From Isurus oxyrinchus (Eukaryota): a DNA stretch of 64,000 bases. Position 1 is the first letter of the stretch. Each line of letters begins with the position of its first letter. The notes below the pieces were generated by a model, which had not been told where the DNA came from, searched no databases, and saw only the letters and a list, made by a program, of their open reading frames with translations. Both the position numbers and the translations under genes were made by a program. Shown here in pieces: positions 1 to 11,571 of this stretch. Location of the stretch: contig JANJGN010000009.1 in NCBI GenBank assembly GCA_026770705.1, positions 164,052,001 to 164,116,000 on the forward strand, written 5' to 3'.

Positions 1-1475
1 ATGTGCTTTGTCTGCCGCATCCGTCTCTAGATGTGGGAAGTCTCCTAAGTCTAAAGGCACAAAATAGTCAGCAAAACCAAATGAATAATAATTGTGAAAT
101 ATATTATTACCCTGTGAATTTACTATCACACCATGGGAATAGTTAACAAATAAACTGAACTGCATTATTAATTATGAATGATAAGTAAAGGAGAATTCAA
201 TTTTCAGAAATCTATGCAAGCAACATTTTGAAAATGAAAACCTGTTTTAATTGGTAATTTTCAATATAATCTGATGTCCAGTATACACTGAAAACTGCAG
301 CGGTAATAATCCCACAAATAAAACATGTCCCAAGTTGGCGAATATTTCTGTTTTTTAAAGTACAGTTGATGAAATATTGTGTTATGAGGCTCTCTCAGTG
401 ACACTGTTCCTCACTGGTAGATGGTTGGTCTACATCACTCTTCTCATAAGTAGCCTTTTCTTGTTCATTCTTTAACTTTAAGAAACTAGATTTTGCTCAT
501 CACTCAGTATTGCCACCTCTCCATCATTTTCAATGAATGTATTTTATAACACACAATGTTAAACTCCCAGCCCCATCTGCTCTAAGCCACTACTTTAACT
601 TCCGCAAAATATTTTGTGCCTCTAGCTTATCAATTTTATGCAGAATACTTGATGTACTTATGGACAGGAAACTGAATCATGTTTCTGTCGGTTTGGCAAT
701 CTTCTTCTTTTCAATCCTTCCTCTTTCTGATCTGATCTCTTTCCCATTTGCTTTTCAACTGTAACTTTTCCTGTATCTTTTTCCTTTTCTTTACTTCTCT
801 CTAGCCATTTAATTATTTTCAATCTCTCTTTTGTTATTTTAGTGCAAACTCTTTCTCCACAGCATGAGTTTCTCTCCCAGCAAGGCCATTGGTCTCATGA
901 ACGTTCAAGTCAAGGCATCCAAATCCCTACCTCAGGAATCCATCCATCCTTCAAGGCCACCTATCACACAACCTCTCAAACCTTCAAGGCCTTCAAATCC
1001 TACCTATGGACATCCCTAACTCATTCAAGATCTGAACACCCCCTCCTGCAAGGACCCAAGCATCCCCCGCACCCCACCCACCTCAGATCAGAGCAGGGAA
1101 CTGTCGGCTCCTGTGACCCCCTCCACACTGCTCCCCAACCAACTGCAAATCAGGCCTGTCAATCAGACTGGTTTCTGGAACCTCTTGATGATGTCATACG
1201 CAGTCTGGGGTTAAACCCTACAGTATGGGGCAGAACCTCAATTTCCAGGTTCCCCACACTCTACCAACCCCTGCCAATAAGTCAAGAAAATGCCCCAAAT
1301 ATCTCACAAGTAAATCATTGTCTGAGACGTGCTTTGGAACACAGTGAGGCTCTGATAAGTGTCTATATGAATGATTACTCTCATCACAAACTTGATGGAA
1401 TTTAACTCATTAAAATGCATCTGTTTGAATTAAGCAGTTATTTCCAGTTCAGTTTCTCAAATGTTGTCTCCTCAG

Positions 1476-1787
1476 TTTCAGGTGCATTGTGGGCAAAAAA
1501 AGAAGTAACAGGAGTTGTGGGAAGAGCGATCACAATAGAATGTCACTATGATGCACGTTACAAGTCACATATAAAATATTGGTGTTGCGGCTGGAGTCGC
1601 CAGTGTAATATTTTAGTATTGAAAAATCAGCAAAATGGAAGAATATCGATCACAGATAACAAGGCAACAGGAATATTTATTGTTACTATGGAGGATCTTC
1701 ACTCAAGAGATACAGGATGGTACAGCTGTGGTATTGACAAACCTGGCCTCGATTCAATGTTTGCTGTCTGGCTACAAATATCTTACG
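1476..1787 (+). CDS. Gene A (inhibitory CD300/pIgR/MDIR-like receptor), V-type Ig domain exon
   Basis: Acceptor ctcag| (an alternative phase-1 acceptor gives start 1482), donor TACG|gtacat, phase 1-1, 312 nt. Translates VSGALWAKKEVTGVVGRAITIECHY...KYWCCGWSRQC...DTGWYSCGID, with the CD300/pIgR C-x-Y, KYWC-x6-C extra disulfide and D-x-G-x-Y-x-C motifs. Confidence 0.93.
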
Positions 1788-2796
1788 GTACATTTCTTAC
1801 TGATTTTCTTTATTATTCTCAACTGAAATGTCTGCTCAATGTTTTATCTGGGAGGAAACATGACAGCTCCGATATCCCGAGGCTCCACAGCAATGCAGAG
1901 ACTTAAAGGTAAAGGGCAGAGGTCGGGAAATCCAACTCATGTTACCCAAACCCAATTCATGGCCTGTCAAACATGTCAGAGTTGAACTTTACAAGTGAAC
2001 TAAACGGAAATTGAGAAGTTGTTTTGATGGTAAAAGAAGCCTCTTTATTAATTGTTGAGACATTGGGCTGGATATTCAGCCTCAAAGCGGGTAGGGGCAA
2101 TTCGGAAAATTCCCCGCTCGGCCTTGGAAGAAAGTGCCCACAAAGGTGGGATTTCCATTGCTGGGAGCTGTGCCCAGGCTGCAGTCTGGCCAGCCACACC
2201 AGGAAGAAATGCAGAGGCAGCCACAGGGACTGCCGGCTGCGGAGATGGGCTGTTTAAAAGGCCCCTCCTTAATGCCCTTGGACTTTGTAACAGCTAAACT
2301 CAAAACACAAAGGCCCTTCACCCCTCACCCCCCACAGCCCACAAAGAGGGTGGGTATAAGGGGAAAATTTGTCATGAGAGTTCTTGGAGGTGGGTGGAAG
2401 TGTACAGCTTGAAGTCAGGAGCATGATGGATTATAAGGCGTGGGTAAAGGGACATAGGGGGCATTAACGGCCAAACGTGATGGATGAGGATGTGACTTGA
2501 CATAGGGGGCATGAGATGGACCTTTTGAACTTAGCTCTTAAAAGGTCCCCTCATGCAAACCAGTGTTTACAGCTCCTCTGAGGGGCTTTGGACTACGACT
2601 CATTCAAAACCTGGCCCGAGTCCATGAAAATTGCAGAGGAGTAGGACGTGTCTGTCTCCACAATGGAGGCAGCCAGGTTGGAGTGTAAAAAACAAAAATA
2701 CAAACAAAAAACTGCGGATGCTGGAAATCCAAAACAAAAAGTAAGAAATACCTGGAAAATCTCAGCAGGTCTGGCAGCATCGGCGGAGAAGAGCAC

Positions 2797-2835
2797 AGTT
2801 GATGTTTCGAGTCCTGATGACCCTTCAACAGAACT
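2797..2835 (-). ncRNA. Minimal type-I hammerhead ribozyme motif in PLE pLTR
   Basis: Minus strand reads agtt-CTGTTGA-a-gggtc(atcag)gactc-GAAA-c-ATC-aact; stems I and II pair. Confidence 0.7.
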
Positions 2836-5232
2836 AAGTAAAAAGAAGAGAGGGGTGAAATATAAGCTTGTCTAAGGGGTGGGGGTGGGGGTGCGGGTGG
2901 ATAGAGAAGTGGGGAGGTGGTTGTTGGGACAAGCGAGCAGTGATAGGAGGAGATAATCAAAAGATGTCACAGACAATAGAACAAAGAGGTGTTGAAGGTG
3001 GTGATATTATCTAAAAGAATGTGCTAATTAAGAACGTATAGCAAGACAAGCAAGGTACAGATAGGTCATGTGGGGGTGGGGTGAAATAAGACTAAAAGGG
3101 CATAAAATGTATAGATAAATGATCAGTGGAATACATTAAAAATATTGCAAATAGGTGGGAAAAGAAAAATCTATATAAATTATTGGAAAAAAGAAAAAGG
3201 ATGGGGAAGAAATGGAAAGGGGGTGGGGATGGAGGAGGGAGTTCAAGATCTAAAGTTGTTGAATTCAATATTCAGCCCGGAAGGCTGTAAAGTGCCTAGT
3301 CGGAAGATGAGGTGCTGTTCCTCCAGTTTGCGTTGAGCTTCACTGGAACAATGCAGCAAGCCAAGGACAGACATGTGGGCAAGAGAGCAGGGTGGAGTGT
3401 TGAAATGGCAAGCGACAGGGAGGTTTGGGTCATTCTCTGCGGACAGACCGCAGGTGTTCTGCAAAACAATCACCCAGTCTGCGTTTGGTCTTTCCAATGT
3501 AGAGGAAACTGCATTGGGAGCAACGAATGCAGTAGACTAAGTTGGGGGAAATGCAAGCGAAATGCTGCTTCACTTGAAAGGAGCGTTTGGGCCCTTGGAC
3601 GGTGAGGAGAGAGGAATTGAAGGGGCAGGTGTTGCACCTTTTGCGTGGGCATGGGGAGTTGCCATAGGTGGGGGTTGAGGAGTAGAGGGTGATGGAGGAG
3701 TGGACCAGAGTGTCCCAGAGGGAACGATCCCTATGGAATGCCACCGGGGGGGTGAAAGGAAGATGTGTTTGGTGGTGGCTTCATGCTGGAGTTGGCGGAA
3801 ATGGCGGAGGATGATCCTTTGAATGTGGAGGCTGGTGGGGTGATAAGTGAGGACAAGGGGGACCTTATCATGTTTCTGGGAGGGAGGAGAAGGCGTGAGG
3901 GTGGATGCGCTGTAGATGGGCCGGACACGGTTGAGAGCCCTGTCAACGACCGTGGGTGGAAAACCTCAGTTAAGGAAGAAGGAGGACATCTCAGAGGAAC
4001 TGTTTTTGAAGGTAGCATCATCGGAACAGATGCGACGGAGGCAAAGGAACTGGGAGAATGGGAAAGTGTCCTTACAGGAAGCGGGGTGTGAGGAGCTGTA
4101 GTCGAGGTAGCTGTGGGAGTCGGTAGGCTTGTAATGGATATTGGTGGACAGTCTATCACCAGAGATTGAGACACAGAGGTCAAGGAAGGGAAGGGAAGTG
4201 TCAGAGATGGACCATTTGAAAATGATGGAGGGGTGGAGATTGGAAGCAAAATTAATAAATTTTTCCAGGTCCAAACGAGAGCATGAAGCGGCACCGAAGT
4301 AATCATCAATGTACCGGAGAAAGAGTTGTGGGAGTGGGCCGGAATAGGACTGGAACAAGGAATGTTCCACATACCCCATAAAGGGACAGGGGCTCATGTG
4401 GGTACCCTTAGTCACACCTTTTATTTGGAGGAAGTGAGAGGAGTTGAAGGAGAAATTGTTCAGCGTGAGAACAAGTTCAGCCAGATGGAGGAGAGTAGTG
4501 GTGGATGGGGATTGTTCGGGCATCTGTTCGAGGAAAAAGCTAAGGGCCCTCAGACCATCCTGGTGGGGGATGGAGGTGTAGAGGGATTGGACGTCCATGG
4601 TGAAGAGGAAACAGTTGGGGGCAGGGAACTGGAAATTGTTGATGTGACGTAAGGTGTCAGAGGAATCACGGATGTAGGTGGGAAGGGACTGGACAAGGGC
4701 AGAGAAAAAGGATTCAAGATAACGAGAAATGAGTTCCGTGGGGCAGGAACAGGCTGACACGATCAGTCTGCCGGGACAGTTCTGTTTGTGGATTTTGGGT
4801 AGGAGGTAGAAGCGGGCCGTCCGAGGTTGGGCGACTATCAGGTTGGAAGCTGTGGGAGGAAGATCCCCAGAGGGGATGAGGTCAGTGACAGTCCTGGAAA
4901 CAATGGCTTGATGTTCAGTGATGGGGTCATGGTCCATGGAGAGGTCGGAGGAAATGTCTGCGAATTGACGCTCAGCCTCTGTGAGGTAGAGGCCAGTGCG
5001 CCAGACAACAACAGCACCACCCTTGACAGCGGGTTTGATGACAATGTTGGGGTTGGATCTGAGGGAACGGAGTGCAGTAAGTCACAAAACAACTGTTTGC
5101 TGAAATGCTAAACAAAGATAAATATTGAGATAAAAGCAAAGAACTGCGGATGCTGGAAATGCAAACCAAAGACAGAAATAGAAATATCTGGAAAAACTCA
5201 GCAGGTCTGGCAGCATCGGTGGAGAAGAGCAC

Positions 5233-5271
5233 AGTTGATGTTTCGAGTCCTCATGACCCTTCAACAGAACT
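5233..5271 (-). ncRNA. Minimal hammerhead motif in PLE pLTR
   Basis: agtt-CTGTTGA-a-gggtc(atgag)gactc-GAAA-c-ATC-aact. Confidence 0.7.
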
Positions 5272-7151
5272 AAGTAACAATAGGAAAGGGGTGAAATATA
5301 AGCTGGTTTAAGAGGAAGGTGGGTGCGTTGTTGGGACAAGAAGCCAGTAATAGGTGGAGATAACCAAAAGATGTCACAGACAAAAGAACAAAGAGGTGTT
5401 GAAGGTGGTGATATTTTCTAAAGGAATGTGCTAATTAAGGGTAGAAAGCAGGACAAACAAGGTACAGATAGACCTAGTGGGGGTGGGGTGGGGTGAAGGA
5501 ATACTAAAAATTCTAAAAATTAGAGATTAACAGTGGATGGAAATACATTTAAAAATAATGGAAATAGTTGGGAAAAGAAAACTCTATATAAACTATTGGA
5601 AAAAACAAAAAGTGGAGGAAGAAACGGAAAGGGGATGGAGATGGCGGTTGGGGCCAGGGAACTGGAAATTGTTGATGTGACATAAGGTGTCAGAGGAATC
5701 ACGGATGTAGGTGGGAAGGGACTGGACAAGGGGAGAGCGAAGGGAGTCAAGATAATGAGAATTGAGTTCCGTGGGGCAGGAAGAGGCTGACACGATCAGT
5801 CTGCCGGGACAGTCCTGTTTGTGGATTTTGGGTAGGAGGTAGAAGCGGGCTGTCCGAGGTTGGGAGACTATCAGGTTGGAAGCTGTGGGAGGAAGATCTC
5901 CAGAGGAGATGAGGTCAGTGACAGATCTGGAAACAATGGCTTGATGTTCAGTGGTGGGGTCATGGTCCAGGGAGAGGTAGGAGGAAGTGTCTGCGAGTTG
6001 ACGCTCAGCCTCCACAAGGTAGAGGTCAGTGCGCCAGACAACAACTGCACCACCCTTGTCAGCGGGTTTGATGGCAATGTTGGGGTTAGGCCTGAGAGAA
6101 TGGAGTGCAGTATGTTCAGAGAGAGACAGGTTAGAATGGGTGAGAGGAGCAGAGAAATTGAGACGACTAATGTCACGCCGACAGTTCTCAATGAAAAGAT
6201 CAAGAGAAGGTAAGAATCCAGAGGGAGGGGTCCAGGTGGAGGGAGAAAATTGGAGGTGGGTAAAAGGATCCGTTGAATGGGGAGAGGACTCCTGCCCAAA
6301 GAAGTGAGCCCGGAGACGAAGACGGTGGAAGAAGAGTTCAGCATCATGCCGAGCCCGAAATTCATTGAGGTGAGGACGTAAGGATATGAAACTAAGTCCT
6401 TTGCTGAGCACTGAACATTCAGCATCAGAGAGGGGAAGGTCAGGGTGTATAGTGAATACCCGACCGGGGCTGGGATTGGAAGATGGGGTGGGGACAGAGG
6501 GACAGGCAGGGTTGGAGGGTCCTGGATGTGTGTTGGTATCACTGAGTTGTTGCAGCTTGCGTTCCTTAGCACTTGAGAGAAAGAGAAAAGGTTTCTTGTT
6601 GAGGCGACGGATGAGACGAAGAATAGAATGAAACTGGGGGCACGGGCAGCTTTGGAAAGGGGTACGGCGATGCTGCTGGAGGGAGAGGTCGAATGTGTTC
6701 ATATGGCAGCGCATGGCACTGAGTGTGGATCTCAGAATGCAACGGGAACAGTATTCCGAGGAATGTTGTATGTCCCAGAGATACCTGTAATCCTGGGTTG
6801 GTTCGAATCCGATGGAATTTCAGTTGAGATCCACATGGGGTAAGTCGGAGACGGAGACAGTCACTGAGAAAGGAAATATGGCTGTGAAAGCGGGTTTTAG
6901 TAAACACCTTGTCAAACACCAGGAGAGAAATGGAAAGCAATGAAGGTAAATAAGGCAAAAGAGAGATATGAAAATCCTGACGGAGAGTAGTACAAAACTT
7001 CTTGAAGGTAGGCATGTCTTGAAGAGAAGTGGCAGTCAATTAAACACGGATAAAAGCAAAAAACTGCGGATGCTGGAAATTCAAAACAAAAACAGAAACA
7101 TAAATAGCTGGAAAAACTCAGCAGGTCTGGCAGCATCAGCGGAAAGAGCAC

Positions 7152-7190
7152 AGTTGATGTTTCGAGTCCTCATGACCCATCAACAGAACT
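7152..7190 (-). ncRNA. Minimal hammerhead motif in PLE pLTR
   Basis: agtt-CTGTTGA-t-gggtc(atgag)gactc-GAAA-c-ATC-aact. Confidence 0.68.
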
Positions 7191-8502
7191 AAGTAAAAAT
7201 AGGAGAGGGGTGAAATATAAGCTGGTCTAAGGGGTGGGGGTGGGTGGTGGTGGAGGGAGAAGTTGTTGGGACAAGCAAGCAGTGATAGGAGGAGATAACC
7301 AAAAGATGTCACAGACAAATGAACAAAGAGGTGTTGAAGGTGGTGACATTATCCAAAAGATTGTGCTAATTAAGGATGGGTAGCAGGACAAGCAAGGTAC
7401 ATGGTGGCATCATGCTGCAGTTGGAGGCGGAAATGGCGGAGAATGATCCTTTAGTGCGGAGGCTGGTGGAGTGATAAGTGAGGACAAGGGAGACCTCTTC
7501 ATGTTTCTGGTAGACTTGCTGCCTTCTTCCAGTGAAGCTCAATGCAAACCGGAGGAACAGCACGTCATCTTCCGACTAGGCACTTTAGAGCCATTGGGAC
7601 TGAATATTAAGTTCAACAATTTTAGATCATAAACTCCCTCCTCCATCCCCATCCCCTTTCTGTTTCTTCCCCCTCCTTTTTCCTTTTTCCAATACTTTAT
7701 ATAGATTTTTCTTTTCCCACCTATTTCCATTATTTTTAATGTATTCCACCGATCATTTATCTATACCTTTTAAGCCCTTTAAGTCTTATTTCACCCCACC
7801 CTCCACTAGAGCTATCTGTACCTTGATTGTCCTGCTATCCATTCTTAATTAGCACATTCTTTTAGATGATGTCACCACATTCAACACCTCTTTGTTCTTT
7901 TGTCTGTGACATCTTTGGGTTATCGCCTCCTATCACCGCTTGCTTGTCCCAACAACTACCGCCGACTTCTCTCTCCACCGCCCCCCCACCCTCCGACCCA
8001 TTAGACCAGCTTATATTTCACCCCTTTCCTATTTTTACTTCGTTCTGTTGAAGGGTCATAAGGACTCTAAATGTCAACTGTGCTCTTCTCCGCCGATGCT
8101 GCCAGACCTGCTGAGTTTTTCCAGGTTGGGGAGTTCTGGGTGTGGGTTTTGAAGGAGCCAGCCTGTATCCTTTAAAGCTGCTCCCAAAATCACACAACCC
8201 AGGAACGCAGTTGGGAATCCCAGAATTAGGACACACCCGCCATTTTTAAAGGGCTCCTGAATCAACCCAAGTTGGTGAAATCCAGGCGGTCACTTTGGTC
8301 TGAAGGCTGCACAAAGCACAGGGTAGAGGCCCTGGACTGAGACACCTGCCTTTATCTTGTACAGAAAGTGTTCACATGTGAGTGACATGAACATTGCTCA
8401 TCAAAACAAGGAGCGATAGGCAGGGAGACATTCTTTGGAGTTTATTGACAATAATGAAGAGTATGTACAAGTGATTAACACCCGTGCCCAGGACGTGCAA
8501 CT

Positions 8503-8640
8503 GGCCTAAATAGCCAAGTGGTTATGGTACTGGGTTTGTAACCCCAAGATCAGGAATTCAAATCTCACAATGGCAAAATATGAAACAATGTAACTTGATC
8601 TGAATAGGAACAGATGGAAATGTGTTTGTACTCAAAAGAG
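8503..8640 (+). mobile_element. tRNA-derived SINE-like insertion
   Basis: A-box TAGCCAAGTGG, anticodon-like arm gggtttgtaacccc, B-box-like ATTCAAATC, followed by a non-tRNA tail ending AAAAGAG. Absent from copy 2. Confidence 0.65.
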
Positions 8641-8655
8641 TTACATTTCCTCAAC

Positions 8656-9886
8656 TCTCGAGGCCTTCCGTGCTCAGTGGGGACTGGGGTGCTTTATTGA
8701 CCCCTTTTAGCACTTTTTGGTTTAAAGTTGTAAGTTTCCTTTAAACTTTGTTCTTGGTTTTACAGCTGACCTAAATTAGGGGCTGTCCCTTATTTATCCT
8801 AATTTTGTAAATTTAGTTTAATTGTTTTGACTCTATAAGAGTTACATCTCCTCAACCCCCGTAATATGAGCCGCCTCGGGGACATGTCCTCTGTGCCATT
8901 TGGCACAGCAAAGAGGAGCTTTTTGTACGGACTGCTGCTGCACATCTTCCATTTTCTCGCCCTTGTCCGCCGCCTGGATATGCCCTGGCATGCCTTGTTG
9001 CCTTCCGGCAGCGGAGGCCCCCGATGGGAGGCCCTCTGAGGAGGTGTCCTCCCCCTTTCTATCGGGGACCTGGGTTCGAGGGTGTTGCATGCAGCAGTCC
9101 CCTATAATAGGAGAATTCATAGGTTCACGGACTCCCAAGACACATGCCCTTTTCGTGGTCTTGTGGAGTCCGTGGACCATGCATACATAGGGTGTGGTAG
9201 GTTGCACTCCCTTTTCAGTTACTTGATGAACCTTTTGTTAATGTCTTGTTTGCACTTCAGCCCCACGCTCCTGATCTATGGACACCCGGTGCGGAAGGGG
9301 GTCGGAAAGGAGGAGGACCTCCTCGTGAACCTGCTCCTGGGCCTGGCCAAGTTGGCCATTAACAGGTCCAGGCAGCAGGCGATCGAAGGGGGAGTCCTGC
9401 CCAATTATTTATCCCTCTTCCGCGGCTACGGTCGCAGCCGGATGTCCCTGGAAAGGGAGCATGCGGTGTCTGCCGGCACTCTCGAACCCTTCCGTGCTCG
9501 GTGGGCACCGCGGGGACTGGGGTGTTTTGTTGACCTCTTTTATCACATTTTGGTTTAAAGTTGTAAGTTTACTTCAAACTTTGTTCTTGGTTTTACAGCT
9601 GACCTGAATTAGGGGCTGTGCCTGATTTATCCCAATTTTGTTAATTTAGTTTAATTGCTTTGACTCTATAAGAGTTACATCTCCTCAACTCTCGAGACCT
9701 TCTGTGCTCGATGGGTGACCACGGGGGTTGGGGTGCTTTATCCAGCCTCTTAATCACATTTTGGTTTGATGTTGTAAGTTTCCTTTAAATCCTGTCTTTG
9801 GTTTTGCAGTGACCCTAACTTAGGGGCTGCGTTTTATTTTGTTCCTCATTTTGTTAATTTAGTTTATTTGTTTGGCTTTAAAAGAG
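8656..9886 (+). mobile_element. Three tandem 5'-truncated L1/Tx1-like LINE 3' ends (8656-8841, 8857-9674, 9690-9886)
   Basis: ORF 9082-9558 has the ORF2 C-terminal zinc-knuckle region (CPF..VESVDHAYIGC; LLLGLAKLAINRSR). The same 3' UTR ending (T/A)AAGAG occurs three times, each followed by YTACATYTYCTCAAC. Confidence 0.8.
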
Positions 9887-11430
9887 CTACATCTTCTCAA
9901 CTTTCCTAATCCTCCCGCTACATCTTGGTGCTCCGCAGACATCCAGAGTGGAAGTAAAGACAGTCTGCAGACTGCTATGCTCTGTCTGTGATAATTTTGG
10001 CGGGCGTCCTCTGGAGGCCTGAGGCCTGGAGGGCCCCGGCTTCCTTTCGAGGTCCTGCTGTGTGGCATTAGCACCCTCCTTGGCCTGTGGACCAGGAGCT
10101 GTCAAGGTCACAGTAAGAGGGGAGTTACCAGGATGAATGGCCCCGGAGGGTACACATGTTGATCCTTCTCGCTATTGGCTGAATTAGCGAGCAGCAGGGG
10201 TAGCTGGAGTGAGATTGAGCTGCCCGCACCCCTCTCTCATACACACTGTCAGGGGCCAACTATACATCAGCAATGGAGTTCAGCCCCACAGCAGTGTAGG
10301 AACGGTGCCCTGGACCAACATCTCCAAGGCACCTGCCATCCTAACAGTGTTGACCTTGGTGCAATGACATGCCAGCGCTATCACCTCAGAGTGCAGGCGG
10401 ATGGATTCCTCCATATTCACTGAAAATTTTATTTAAAAAGAGAGAAGGTCACCATCTAATCCTTTATTAACTGTGTTTAATTGTATGCAGTGGTAGCATT
10501 AAACAGATGTCTTCAGGTCTGGGCCTTGTACACACTGTCTCCTGGGAGTTCTGACCAGCTACCCTGCTGTCTTCAGGGAGATCTGGCCAACCATCCTGCT
10601 GTGTTCTGGGAGATCTAAGCAGCTACGCCCTCACATAGGCTTCAGTATTCCCTCAAATGTGTTTCTTCTCTTTCATCTCTCTTTGTCGTACCCAGTCTGT
10701 TCAGAAATGCTTTTATCCCAGGATTGATTAAATCAATCTTTACCTCTTAGACTTGTAAAAACAAACTTACTCTATGTTTATGTCACGTCCTTACACCTTT
10801 TTACAACCTGCATATATCTCCCTTTGAACTAAAACAACACAATTCAAACTATTTCTGTTATTGCTTCATGTACAAATCTGTTGTAGTTCTTTTTTATTTA
10901 TTAACATATCAAAACCACTTCAAATTGTTGACTTTTGACCCTATCCACTGATGAGGCAGTCCATGTCATGGAACCATAACCTTAAATCTGGAGATAGGCT
11001 CGTCAGGGATGTCAGGAATCACTTCTTCACGCAAAGTATAGCGGAAATCAGGAACACTCTCCTCAAAAAAGCTCTTGAACTTAAATGAAAATTTCAAAAC
11101 TGATTGACAGATTTTATCTGGTAGCAATATTCGGGTTATGGGACCCCGGTAGGTAAATGGACAGAAGATACTGGTCAGTTGGGATTTAATTGAATTGTGG
11201 AACAGGCTGAAGGGGCTGCATGTCCGAATCCCTTTTCCATGTTCTGGAGCCCCAGTTAATTTTTCAGTGGTCTGGGCCTTGTGAGTAACAATGTGCTGTG
11301 AAACAAGCTCACAAACAGTTAGCATTTCAAAGAGACACTTTCCAATCACCAGGCAAACTGTGACCTGTCTTGTTTCAGAGTACAGTTTGTGACAGTGAAA
11401 GCAGTGAAGGACTGCCAAACCTCATTAAAA

Positions 11431-11571
11431 TCAAGTTCTGTCGAAGGGTCATGAGGACTCGAAACGTCAACTCTTTTCTTCTCCATCGATGCTGCCAGAC
11501 CTGCTGAGTTTTTCCAGGTAATTCTGTTTTTGTTTTGGATTTCCAGCATCCGCAGTTTTCTTTGTTTTTAT
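11431..11571 (+). mobile_element. Young short PLE-derived insertion with hammerhead motif (11434-11472) and target-site duplication
   Basis: Flanked by CTCATTAAAA at 11421-11430 and 11572-11581. The empty site is present in copy 2 (~46978-46990). Confidence 0.88.

Larger units (their letters stand above)
2694..8125 (-). mobile_element. Penelope-like retroelement (PLE): partial-tandem array with pLTRs and an inverted terminal segment
   Basis: Minus-strand RT (FTMDVQSLYTSIPH, LRYIDD) at 3966-4937, GIY-YIG endonuclease (NLVYCIRC...LYIGKTKR, REQHLIFRLGTLQPSGLN-like end) at 3243-3744 and N-terminal ORF at 5650-7039. Direct pLTRs at ~2697-3250, ~5122-5645 and ~7048-7400; inverted copy at ~7515-8125. 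Frameshifted. Confidence 0.92.
8289..10420 (-). mobile_element. Harbinger-like transposon fragment interrupted by Tx1/SINE insertions
   Basis: 8289-8502 and 9887-10420 are homologous to ~57435-58215 of the longer element. Confidence 0.7.

Noticed and set aside
842-1405. 187-aa ORF (and paralog 41522-41899)
   Set aside because: Intronic, non-ATG start, no motif, truncated by a stop in the paralog.
1476-1830. V exon as a rearranging Ig/TCR V segment
   Set aside because: It encodes a complete domain ending in a splice donor, has no heptamer/nonamer RSS after it, and has the CD300/pIgR Cys pattern.
1415-1906. ORF-track proteins covering the Ig exons as single-exon genes
   Set aside because: The N- and C-terminal extensions are intron read-through past clear splice sites.
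3243-7039. Intact autonomous Penelope ORF
   Set aside because: Split into two overlapping truncated pieces with frameshifts and stops.
8503-8575. Functional tRNA gene
   Set aside because: Acceptor and T stems pair poorly, no oligo-T terminator, and it continues into a retroelement-like tail; treated as a SINE head.
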